Shown here in pieces: positions 20,214-29,430 of a stretch of DNA of 32,000 bases. This stretch comes from Mycoplasma mycoides subsp. capri (GTDB lineage: Bacteria > Bacillota_I > Bacilli_A > Mycoplasmatales > Mycoplasmataceae), in NCBI RefSeq assembly GCF_018389705.1, contig NZ_CP065581.1, positions 270,001-302,000 of the forward strand, read 5' to 3'. How positions within the stretch are numbered: position 1 is the first letter of the stretch; the number at the start of each line of letters is the position of its first letter. Position numbers and translations under genes: made by a program. The notes below the pieces were generated by a model. The model was not told the DNA's origin, ran no database searches, and worked only from the letters and a program-made list of their open reading frames with translations.

Positions 20214-20969
20214 ATGAAAACCGGTATTTTATTAAGTTTGTGTTATGATGGTAGTAATTATCATGGTTGAATTAATCAAACTAATGCAATAAGTATTCAA
20301 ACTACTTTAAATAAAGCTATTAAAAAAGTTATTAAAACTGATCAATTTAAAACAATTGGAGCTAGTAAAACTGATACTAATGTTCATGCTTTAGATCAAA
20401 AAGTTTTATTAATTATTTACTTTACTCCAATTTTAGAAAAATTTATTAAAGCTATTAATAAAGCTTTACCTAGTGATATTAAGATTTTAGATGCTAAATT
20501 TGTTGATCCAAATTTTAATATAAGAGAAGTTGAATATAAAATTTATCACTATTATATTAATGACCATCAATTTGATATTTTTACTAATCGGTATGAATAT
20601 TTTTGAAAACATCAAAAAATCGATATTATAAAACTACAAGAAATTTTTAATCTTTTTATTGGTGAACATGAGTTTAAACTATTTTCTGGGTTAAAAGAAA
20701 ATGAGTGAAATCAATATCAAACAAAAAGAACTATTGATGATATTAAAGTTTTAAGAATCAATAATAAAGTAGTAATTGAATTTAAAGCATCTGGTTTTAT
20801 TAGATATCAAATTAGAATTATTATTGCAAATTGTTTAAATGCTTATTTAAATCATAAAATTTCAACTACTAAGTTAGTTGAAATGTTAAAAGGAATTGGA
20901 AAAAAAACTCCTTTTATAATTGATGCTAAAGGTTTAGTATTACAAAAAATTCAATTTAATAAAAATTAA
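20214..20969 (+). CDS. truA: tRNA pseudouridine(38-40) synthase TruA
   Basis: ATG at 20214. 'LCYDGSNYHGWINQ...GASKTDTNVHALDQ' includes the catalytic Asp motif. Several TGA=Trp codons. TAA at 20967-20969 (251 aa). Not in the track because of TGA fragmentation. Confidence 0.88.
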
Positions 20970-20972
20970 ATC

Positions 20973-21009
20973 ACCTGATTTGTTATTGTTACAAAAATGG
21001 TGTTTTTTT
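20973..21009 (+). terminator. Possible interrupted-hairpin terminator after truA
   Basis: CACC...GGTG encloses TTTGT-tattgtt-ACAAA, followed by a T7 run. The stem is weak and interrupted. Confidence 0.35.
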
Positions 21010-21016
21010 ACTATAT

Positions 21017-21025
21017 TGATATAAT
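21017..21025 (+). promoter_or_regulatory. Extended -10 promoter element (TGaTATAAT) upstream of the giant permease gene
   Basis: TGATATAAT at 21017-21025, 30 nt upstream of the first in-frame ATG. There is no good -35. Confidence 0.4.
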
Positions 21026-21054
21026 AAAAAAGAACGGTTATTAGAATAAAAGAA

Positions 21055-24000
21055 ATGATGAGTATGAAAACTAAAAATAAAAAAAATAAATGATTAGGAT
21101 TAATTTTAAAAAACTCTTTAAAAAATTCTTTTAAATATAAATCACAATTGTTTGGTTTAGTTTTATTAGTAATGATTATGAGTTTAATTATGTCTTTAAT
21201 ATCTGCAATTAATTCTAGAGTTTTAGATAAGTATGATGATTTAATTACTAATTCTAATCAACACAATTTAGTTTTAAAACTAGATCCTTATGAAAATGTA
21301 TCAACTAGTTTAATTACTTCTAATAACCAAATTCAAGTTCAACAACAATATATAAATCGCTTAAATGAGAAATTATATTCTAGATATAATTTTAAGTTTG
21401 ACTGATCAAGAACTGAATCTCGCGAATTTAAACAAGTTAAATCTTTAAATAATTTACAAACTTTAAAAGCTGTTTCTAAACAATATTTAACTGATAATAA
21501 AGTTGATCAATTAGTAATTGTTAAAGGTAGAAATATAAATTCTAATAAAGAAGTTTTAATTGATCCAATTTATGCTAAAAAACATAATATTAAAATTAAT
21601 GATATTATTAGATTTCAAAAAGATGTTTTAGGAGATCAATTATTAGTAAATTCATTAGAAAATAAAACTACTACAAAACAACAATTTGAAGATATTAATA
21701 AAATCACAAAGCAAGGACTAACTGATAATAATGGTATTTATCAAATTAAGTACGCAAGTAGTTTTGATTGATATCAAGTTGTTGGTTTTGCAAACTCTGC
21801 TGATTTTATTTTTCCAACAATTAATGCTTATTCACCAATCCCAAACCGTTTAAATGAAGGAATTATTTATGTTGATCCTTTAAGATTTGGTTTAATTAAA
21901 CAAACTGATGGATTTTATAAATATGATTCAACTAGTTCTAAATTAGTTGTAAGTTCAAATAATGAGTGAGAATCTTTTTATTCACTAAAAACTAATCAAA
22001 AATTAAGTGATGAAATTATTGATTGAATGAATCAATATTTTAGTCAACTAATTAATAAAAAAGCTCAAGATAAATGAATTTATAAATTAGAAGATCCAAA
22101 TTATAGATTTAATTCTAGAACTAGTGTTATTAAAAAAACAATCGGTGCTTATAATATTTATTCATTTATTGTTTTATTAGCAGTTATTAGCGTTGTTTTA
22201 TATACTACTTTTTTAATTACTAAAAAACAAATTTTAAACTCTCGTGGTCAAATTGGAACAATGAGAGCTATTGGATATAAAAAACGCCAAATGGTACTTA
22301 ACTATGTGATGATGCCATTTTTTACAAGTATTGTTGGTGGAATTTTAGGATATATTTTATCTTGTTTAATTTCAATAATTATTATTAATAGATTTTCTAA
22401 TTATTTTAGTCTAGATTATGGTGTTTTTAGTTTTGATTGAATTGGGTTATTAAACAATCTAATTTTTATGTGACTAATAATTTCAGCTATTTCATTTTTA
22501 ATTGGTTATTTAATTATGAAAAAAGGAGCTATTAATTTATTAGAAAATAGAAATGCTAAAAAAATCTCAAAATTAGGTAGTTTAATTAAAAGTTTATCTA
22601 ATAAGAGAAAGTTTAATCATCGTTTAAGAGCTGCTTTATTAGTTAATTCTGGATCTAAACTCACTGGAGTTGGATTTGTTGTTTTAATTGCTACAATTTT
22701 ATTTACTATTTCTTTTGTTTCACCAAATTTATTAAAAAATAATAAGATTTATGCTTATAATGGTGTTAAATACAACCAAATTGTTGAATATAGTCAACCA
22801 ACTTATAACAACCCTTTTTCTTTTATAAGAGTTTTTAATCCTGATAAAAAATCAGATGATAAATATAATATTATAAAAAATAATAATAGATATTTAGCAA
22901 CCTCTTTACCTACTAAAGATAATCAATATGATTTACAAACTATTATTAATGATTATTTAAATCAAACTTATAATAATGCTTATTATAGTTTAGCTATTGA
23001 CTTACAAGATAAACAAGAAGTTCAAGCAATTAATTTAGCTTTATCTAATATGAAATTATTACAAGCTCAAGATATTGCTTTAACAAAACAATATTTTAAA
23101 TATATTTCAAGCTTATCTATAACACCTAGTTCAATTCATCATATTTTGTTAAAAAATTGACCTGATTATGATAATTTAATTAATAAGTTAAAAGAAATTA
23201 AAGAAAATGAATTTGAAACTTTATTAAACCAGTTTAAATATTTACAACAATTTTATGCAACTTATACAAATAGTATTGGTTTAGCAATTAATAGATCTTA
23301 TATTAATAGTTTTGATTTAAAAGATAAAAAAGATTTAAGAATTCAAAAATTTAATAATAATAGTTCTGAACAAAACAATTTAAAAACTAAAGCTTATGAT
23401 GATATTTTAAATAGTGATTTATTAGCATTATCTAAATCAAGTTTTTCTTCAAAAGAATTTAAGGATAACATAATTGATCAGTTTAAATTAACTAATAGTG
23501 ATTCTAGTTTAGGTATGTATCATATTTTAGATAATAAGTGAAATAAATCTAATTCTATATCTGATCAATTTTTAGATATTTCTGCTTTTGATTTTATTAA
23601 TAAAAAATATAAATTAGATGATTTAAAAGATTTAGTTGCAAAATTAGTTTTATGATTTAGTGTAATGTTTTATAAAAGAGATGATCAAGCTTTAATTCAA
23701 GCAGCTTATTCACGTGCTCCTTATTTTGTAAAACAAAACTTAAAGATTTCATATAATAGTAATAAAGATTATACTTTAGGATTTAATTTAACTACTTTTA
23801 ATAAAAACTATGAACAATTAGGAACTTTATTAAATGTAAAAACATTAGATAATAAACATACATTTAAGATTTATGGAATTTTAAATAACCATGATTATAT
23901 TAATTTATATGATCAAAATAAAACTGATTTAATTAAAAAGTTGTTTGATTCAGAACAAAATAGTATTATTATTAATCAAACTATAGCAAAAAGATTAAAT

Positions 24001-25209
24001 TTAAAACCTAATGATAAGATTTCATTAAATGTTTTACAAAATGAACTACAACATATAAAAAATAATAAAACTACTGTTTTTAAAACTGATGATTGATCTA
24101 TGAAACAAGATACAAGTTATGATAGTTTTATTCAAAGATCAGATATTAGTACAAATAATTTAAAAGTTAAAACTAATAATAGTGTTTTAGAATTAAATAA
24201 TGGTTTTTCAGATGTTAATAGTTATTATAAAAGTTATTTAGATAATGAATTAAAACTTGGAACTAAAATTCAAAACAAAACATTTAAAATAGTTGGTATT
24301 CATGATGGATATAATGAAAATATGGCTTGAATCAAAGAAAGTGATGCTCAAGAAATTTTAAATTATAAACAAAACAAATCTATTTGATGAAAAGATATTT
24401 TTGCACCTCAATGAAACAAAACTTTTTCATCAATTCAAGCAAAACAAGTTTTAAATGATAGTTTAGATTTAAATAATAAATCTTTAACTGATTATAGTTA
24501 TGAACAATTTGTTAATGAATTTATTAATAATAAAAATCATAAGAATCATAAAATAGCTAAAAAAGTTTTACAAATCTTTGATAATCAATTTCCAATTTTT
24601 AATTACAAATATTCAAAAAGTAATGATATTGGTAATTTAGATACAATAGTTTCAACTTATTCAAAAATTGCTGATTATAATCCTGTTAGTTTAAATGGAC
24701 AGCATTTAGAAAATAAAACTAGTTATGATGGAATTGGACAAGGAGTAATTCAAACTATTACTCCAATTCAAATCACAAAACAAATTCTAGATCAAATCTC
24801 TAATTTAGTAATGTTAGCTTTAGTTTTAGCAATTATTACAATATTAATGATTGCATTTGTAATTATTTTATTAACAACATCATTAATTATTTCAGATAAT
24901 ACTAGGTTTATTGCTACTTTAAAAGTTTTAGGTTATTCAAATAAATACATTACAGAAAATATTTTAGGAATGTATTTTATAGTTATTGCTAATATGTTAG
25001 TAATTGGATTTATTAGTGGTTGGTTTATTTTTGAGTCAACTATTAAGTCATTATATTCAATTATAGTTCTACCAATTATTTTTCCAATTTGATTACCTTT
25101 TGCTGTGATTCTTGCAGTTAGTGGAATATATTTGATTACTTTAATTGTTGGATTTAATTCAATTTATAAAACTGATGCAACTTTAACTTTAAAAGATAAT
25201 GATGTATAA
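21055..25209 (+). CDS. Giant tandem FtsX/MacB-type ABC permease: 8 predicted TM helices, two FtsX domains, two large extracytoplasmic domains; substrate unknown
   Basis: Track ORFs at 21148, 22516, 23665, 24100 and 24811 are all in frame 1. I translated the first gap (21406-22515) codon by codon, and it contains TGA but no TAA/TAG. I read through the other gaps with the same result but did not index them codon by codon. Frame 1 is open from a TAA at 21025-27 to TAA at 25207-09 (1384 aa from ATG 21055; alternative starts at 21058 and 21064). There are two FtsX-like segments: 'GQIGTMRAIGYKKRQMVLNYVMMPF' plus 3 TM, and 'RFIATLKVLGYSNKYITENILGMYF' plus 3 TM. Each is preceded by a single TM and an ectodomain with MacB-like strings (VIVKGRNINSNKEVLIDPIYAKKHNIKINDIIRF; FKIVGIHDGYNENMAWIKESDAQEIL). 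Confidence 0.85.
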
Positions 25210-25248
25210 AAAAAGATGTATGAATCAATTGCATTTTTAGTAGTTATA

Positions 25249-25277
25249 TTGATAAATAGCTTAAGATTATATATAAT
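25249..25277 (+). promoter_or_regulatory. Promoter of rplM-rpsI (TTGATA-17 nt-TATAAT)
   Basis: TTGATA at 25249-54, an exactly 17-nt spacer, and a perfect TATAAT at 25272-77, 62 nt upstream of the rplM ATG. Confidence 0.7.
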
Positions 25278-25295
25278 AAATTAATGCTTATCACA

Positions 25296-25325
25296 CTTTA
25301 AAGACCCCGGACAAGTCAATTAAAG
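25296..25325 (+). promoter_or_regulatory. rplM 5' leader hairpin whose 3' arm runs into the Shine-Dalgarno sequence
   Basis: CTTTAA (25296-301) pairs with TTAAAG (25320-25). An inner GAC/GTC pairing encloses a locally GC-rich loop, CCCGGACAA. The SD AAGGAAG lies at 25323-29. Confidence 0.4.
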
Positions 25326-25338
25326 GAAGTTAGCACAA

Positions 25339-25794
25339 ATGAAACAAACTACAATGATTTCTGCAAAAGACATCAATAAAAAATGATATATTGTTGATGC
25401 AGAAAATAAAACTGTGGGGAGATTAGCAACTCAAGTTGCTCTTGTATTAAGAGGAAAACATAAAGTTGATTTTACTCCACATATTAATAATGGAGATCAC
25501 GTTATTATAATTAATGCTGAAAAAGCAATTTTTTCTGGAAAAAAAGAATCTAATAAATTCTACTATCACCATTCAATGCATCCTGGTGGATTGAAGAAAA
25601 GAAGTGTTGAAGTTCAAAGAGAACTAGATGCTACTAAGATTTTAGAAAGAGCTATTAGATTAATGCTTCCAAAAAACGTTCAAGGTTCAAACCAATACAG
25701 AGCTTTACATGTATTTAAAGGTTCACAACATCCATTTGCTGCACAAAAACCTGAAGTTTTAGAAATTTCAACTAAAAAAGGAGACGTTAAATAA
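25339..25794 (+). CDS. rplM: 50S ribosomal protein L13
   Basis: ATG at 25339. '[34 protein letters not shown]...'. The track ORF 25414 is a GTG-started fragment downstream of the TGA=Trp. 151 aa. Confidence 0.94.
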
Positions 25795-26192
25795 TGTTTA
25801 AAGATAAAGTTATTTACAGAGGAACTGGTAGAAGAAAATCATCAATTGCTCAAGTTATCTTAACTCCTGGATCAGGTTCAATTACAGTAAATGGAAAACC
25901 AGCTTTAGAATTCTTCCCATATGCTACTTTAGTTCAAGATTTAGAACAACCATTAGTAGCAACTAATACTTTAAAAGATTTTGATATTATTGTTAAAGTT
26001 ATTGGTGGGGGATTTACAGGTCAAGCTGGAGCAACTAGATTAGGTATTGCTAGAGCTTTACTACAAGCTAGTGAAGATTATAGAAAACTTTTAAGAGATC
26101 AAGGGTTATTAACTCGTGATGCTCGTATTAAAGAACGTAAAAAATATGGTCTACGTGGAGCACGTAGAGCACCTCAATACTCAAAACGTTAA
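25794..26192 (+). CDS. rpsI: 30S ribosomal protein S9
   Basis: 132-aa ORF ending '...[16 protein letters not shown]'. TAATG junction with rplM. Confidence 0.96.
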   Translation: MFKDKVIYRGTGRRKSSIAQVILTPGSGSITVNGKPALEFFPYATLVQDLEQPLVATNTLKDFDIIVKVIGGGFTGQAGATRLGIARALLQASEDYRKLLRDQGLLTRDARIKERKKYGLRGARRAPQYSKR

Positions 26193-26199
26193 TCTCCAG

Positions 26200-26225
26200 A
26201 GCAACACATTTTGTGTTGCTTTTTA
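26200..26225 (+). terminator. Rho-independent terminator after rpsI
   Basis: AGCAACACA-ttt-TGTGTTGCT hairpin followed by TTTTATTT. Confidence 0.8.
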
Positions 26226-26308
26226 TTTGTTTAGTATAAAATTAATATGTCATAAAATTTTGTGTCACTTATTAAGCTTGTTGTATTAAAAATAAGATAT
26301 TCTTAATA

Positions 26309-26317
26309 TGTTATAAT
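26309..26317 (+). promoter_or_regulatory. Extended -10 promoter (TGtTATAAT) for the lipoprotein gene
   Basis: TGTTATAAT at 26309-17. A second TATAAT lies at 26321-26. AAAGGAG SD lies at 26339-45 before ATG 26351. Confidence 0.5.
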
Positions 26318-26350
26318 TTTTATAATTGTCATTATTTTAAAGGAGTTTTT

Positions 26351-29143
26351 ATGAAGAAAATACTTGCTATTTTGAGTTCATTAACTTTAGTAAGTACTGG
26401 TGTATTTTCAACTGTTTTAGCTTGTAAAAAAAACCCAACTCCAACAACAAAACCAAATACAAATAATAATAAAGTACTTAAAAATAATTCTTTAGATAAT
26501 ATTAAAACAACTTCAGCTACGCTTTTAAAACAAGCTGTTTTAGCTGATATGTATGGTTATAATTTTGATTTTTTAAAATCTTATTTTAATAATAAAAACT
26601 TAAACGAACAAGCAAAAAAATATAAATTAAATACTGAAATTAAAGATAACATTACTTTATCAACAGATTTTGAAGATGCTTTAACTAATTATTTTTCAAC
26701 TAATTTAGTTATTAAAAAAAATGATAATGTTAATTTAGATGGGATTAAAGGAACTGATATAGATTTTTTAACTTCGGTTTTACCAAAAACAGTATTTGGA
26801 ACTACTAGTAAACAAATTAGTGCTGCTATTTCTATTATTTTAGAAAATATAAGTGGTGCTGGAATAACAGGTTTATTAGATCTTGCAAAAAATATTGATA
26901 TTAATAGTAAGTTTAGTGATTTTGTTAAAAATCTAAAAGTAAGTAAAGAATTAATAACAACACTTTTAAACACAATATTTACTAATGAGAAATTTTTAAA
27001 AGAATTAGAAGAAGAAATAGAAAAATTTGATGCTTTAACTTTATATAAAGATTTTGAATTATCTGAACTAAGTAATTTAGCTCTTTTAAATATATTAGAT
27101 GGTATTAATGGTATTTTAGATAAAGATTATCAGTTAGTATCTAGTGATATTAAAAAAAATAATGGTTTAAGTTTAAATGTAAGATTATGAAACACTTCAA
27201 AAACATTTATTAATAAAGTAGCAAAATTTGATCCAAGTTCAAATGTTGCTACAATTTCATCATTATCTAATAGTACTAGTCCAACAATTCTTCCTGCTAA
27301 TATCAAAAGAAATATCAAAACAGCTGCTAGCTTAATTAGAGGATTAGAGCTATTTCAGTATTTATTTAGTTTATTTGATGAATCTAGAAAAGATGAATTT
27401 AAAATTTCTGATGAAAATATTTTTGATAAAAGCAAAAAAAATAGTCAGTTTTTTAAAGAAACATATAAGTTAAATGACTCAAATGGTGGATCTAATAATG
27501 GTTCTAAAATAGAGAGTCTAAAGAAAAATGGGACTTCAAATGGTTCTACTTCTCAAACAACATTAAATTTAAAATATATAATTGATACTTTACAATACTA
27601 TTTAGGAAATTTAGATAAATCTGATAAAGCTTATCGCTTAAGACAATTTATAGGTATTTTATTTTCTGGAAAGTATACTGAAAATAGTTATAAATCAGAA
27701 AATAATAGCAGCAATAATTCTAATGAATATAAGAGTCTTTTCTTTGAATTTAATGGAAATAGTGGAAATCAAATAAAAGAAATTAAATTAAATGGTTTTC
27801 AAATTTTTCTAACTTCAATTTTATTTGAATCTCTTTCAAATATTAAATTACAAAACATAAAGATTGAAAGTGGTATATTTAGTTTAGCAAAACCATTTAT
27901 AGAAAAAATTAACCTTAAAAATTTCTTTGAAAGTGATGTATTTCTTAAACAAGGCTTGGCAGACTTTCTTATTTCATTAATGAACTTAATTACAGATTCT
28001 TTTGTATATAATCAACCACTAATTAATGATAATTTTGATAAAATACTAGAAAATTTATCTAAAATACTAAAAAATTTAAAAATAGAAGATTTATTAAAAG
28101 GTTTATTTAATGAAAATAATGGATTAGTAGGCTCTCTTAAATCATTAATAGAAAATTATATTAAATTTGATGATATTTCTAAAAAGATAGATGACTTTAT
28201 AAAAAATAAAGAAACATATTCTCTAGTTAAAGCAGGAATTAAGTCATTTATTCCAATTCTTGGTGAAAAGTTTTTTGAATATATTTATGATGGTAAAGTA
28301 GAACAAACATTTGATACACTAGCTAATCTATCAAATGATGTTCTTATAAGAACACTTGTAGAAAAACTAAAAATTCAAATACCAGCAGCATTAAATTTCA
28401 TACTACCTTACTTTAAAAAAATCGCTATGAGTTTGAGAACAATTTTTCCACCTGGTGTTCATTTAAATCTTAAGAATTTATTTACTATAAAATTATCTGA
28501 TTTTATTAAATTAGAAAATAAACCAAATTTTGGTTCTGATTATTTAGATAAATCTATAACCACAATTTTAAATGAACTATCTAATGCAGGAACTTCATCA
28601 TCTAAATTAAAAGAATTGGACAATGCATATGGTTTCAAAATAGACTCATTAAAAGAATTTATTAATAAAATTTTTAAATATGATTATAAATGAAATGGCG
28701 CTAACTCAGAAAACGGAGGAAATCTAATTTCATTACTTTTAAATAACCCTAATAAATTTAAAGAGATTATAGGTTTAACCGAAGAAGGAATGAAAAAAGA
28801 TTCAAATTCATTAATTGATATTTTATCAAACAAATTAATTCCAAATGATAAATCTAAAAATCAAGATAGTTTACAATGATTTGCTAGTGTATTAAATAAA
28901 GTTATTATTAATTTAAACAAAAAACCTAATTTTACAACTAGTTTAGAAAAACATTTTAATGATGATAAATTTAATAATTTTGAATTTAGTGATACAAAAA
29001 CTGAAAAATCTGGTTTAATAACTTCTCAAACTATTTCAACTACAATTAACAATCAAAAATATACATTAGTTATAACTAGAGATCCTAAACAGCCTACATT
29101 TATAGTAGAATCTTTAACAAAACAATTAGTACAAAATAATTAA
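26351..29143 (+). CDS. Large (930 aa) membrane-anchored lipoprotein of unknown function
   Basis: Signal peptide with lipobox 'MKKILAILSSLTLVSTGVFSTVLA|C', then a T/P/N-rich linker. Frame 2 is open from 26351 to TAA at 29141-43 when three TGA (27188, 28691, 28877) are read as Trp. I checked codons 27191-27955 one by one and found no stop. That stretch has no ATG either, which is why the track shows a gap and a TTG-started fragment at 27956. Confidence 0.85.
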
Positions 29144-29215
29144 TTAATATTTGAATAAAATTTAAGATATTATCTTGAATTTATAATAAAAAAAATATAA
29201 TATTATTTTGTTATT

Positions 29216-29292
29216 CGGAATATAGCTCAGCTGGTTAGAGCACTCCGCTGATAACGGAGAGGTCGTTGGTTCAAGTCCAATTATTCCGACCA
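29216..29292 (+). tRNA. tRNA-Ile (anticodon GAT), CCA encoded
   Basis: 77-nt cloverleaf folded by hand. Acceptor stem CGGAATA/TATTCCG. D arm GCTC-AGCTGGTTA-GAGC. Anticodon arm CTCCG-CTGATAA-CGGAG. Variable loop AGGTC. T arm GTTGG-TTCAAGT-CCAAT. Discriminator A followed by CCA. Confidence 0.93.
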
Positions 29293-29308
29293 TATGAATA
29301 TTAATTTT

Positions 29309-29332
29309 GACACCAATTGGTGTCTTTTTTTT
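29309..29332 (+). terminator. Rho-independent terminator after tRNA-Ile
   Basis: GACACC-aatt-GGTGTC perfect hairpin followed by a T8 run. Confidence 0.85.
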
Positions 29333-29430
29333 ATACTTTTTTATATAATTAATTAATAGTTATTCATATTCTTATTTAAATATTTTTTTTACAAAATAAA
29401 AGTTAATTAATTACATTAAGGAGTAATCAT

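Noticed and set aside
11411-25209. Apparent gene fragmentation (secY in 3 pieces, map in 2, ecfA1 in 2, ecfT in 2, the permease in 5+), which could suggest pseudogenes.
   Set aside because: All fragments of each gene share one frame and are separated only by TGA codons, never TAA/TAG. Conserved motifs span the junctions (for example LSGGQ in ecfA1). This is a genetic-code artefact, not decay.
26426-26433. A8 homopolymer just after the lipobox Cys of the lipoprotein, and a similar A8 at 21079-21086 near the permease 5' end, as possible slipped-strand phase-variation switches.
   Set aside because: Runs of 8 A arise readily from Lys-Lys-Lys (AAA) codons at ~25% GC and occur in housekeeping genes here too (for example 2853-2860 in rplC). 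I have no evidence of length polymorphism from a single sequence.
29164-29176. Hairpin AAGAT-att-ATCTT after the lipoprotein stop, as a terminator.
   Set aside because: It is a 5-bp stem with a single G:C pair (otherwise A:U), a 3-nt loop and no following T-run. It is unlikely to terminate transcription.
29333-29430. T-box riboswitch upstream of leuS.
   Set aside because: Only ~98 nt separate the tRNA terminator from the leuS ATG. The stretch is almost pure A/T, with no specifier-loop, T-box (AGGGUGGNACCGCG-like) or terminator/antiterminator elements. It is too short for a T-box leader.
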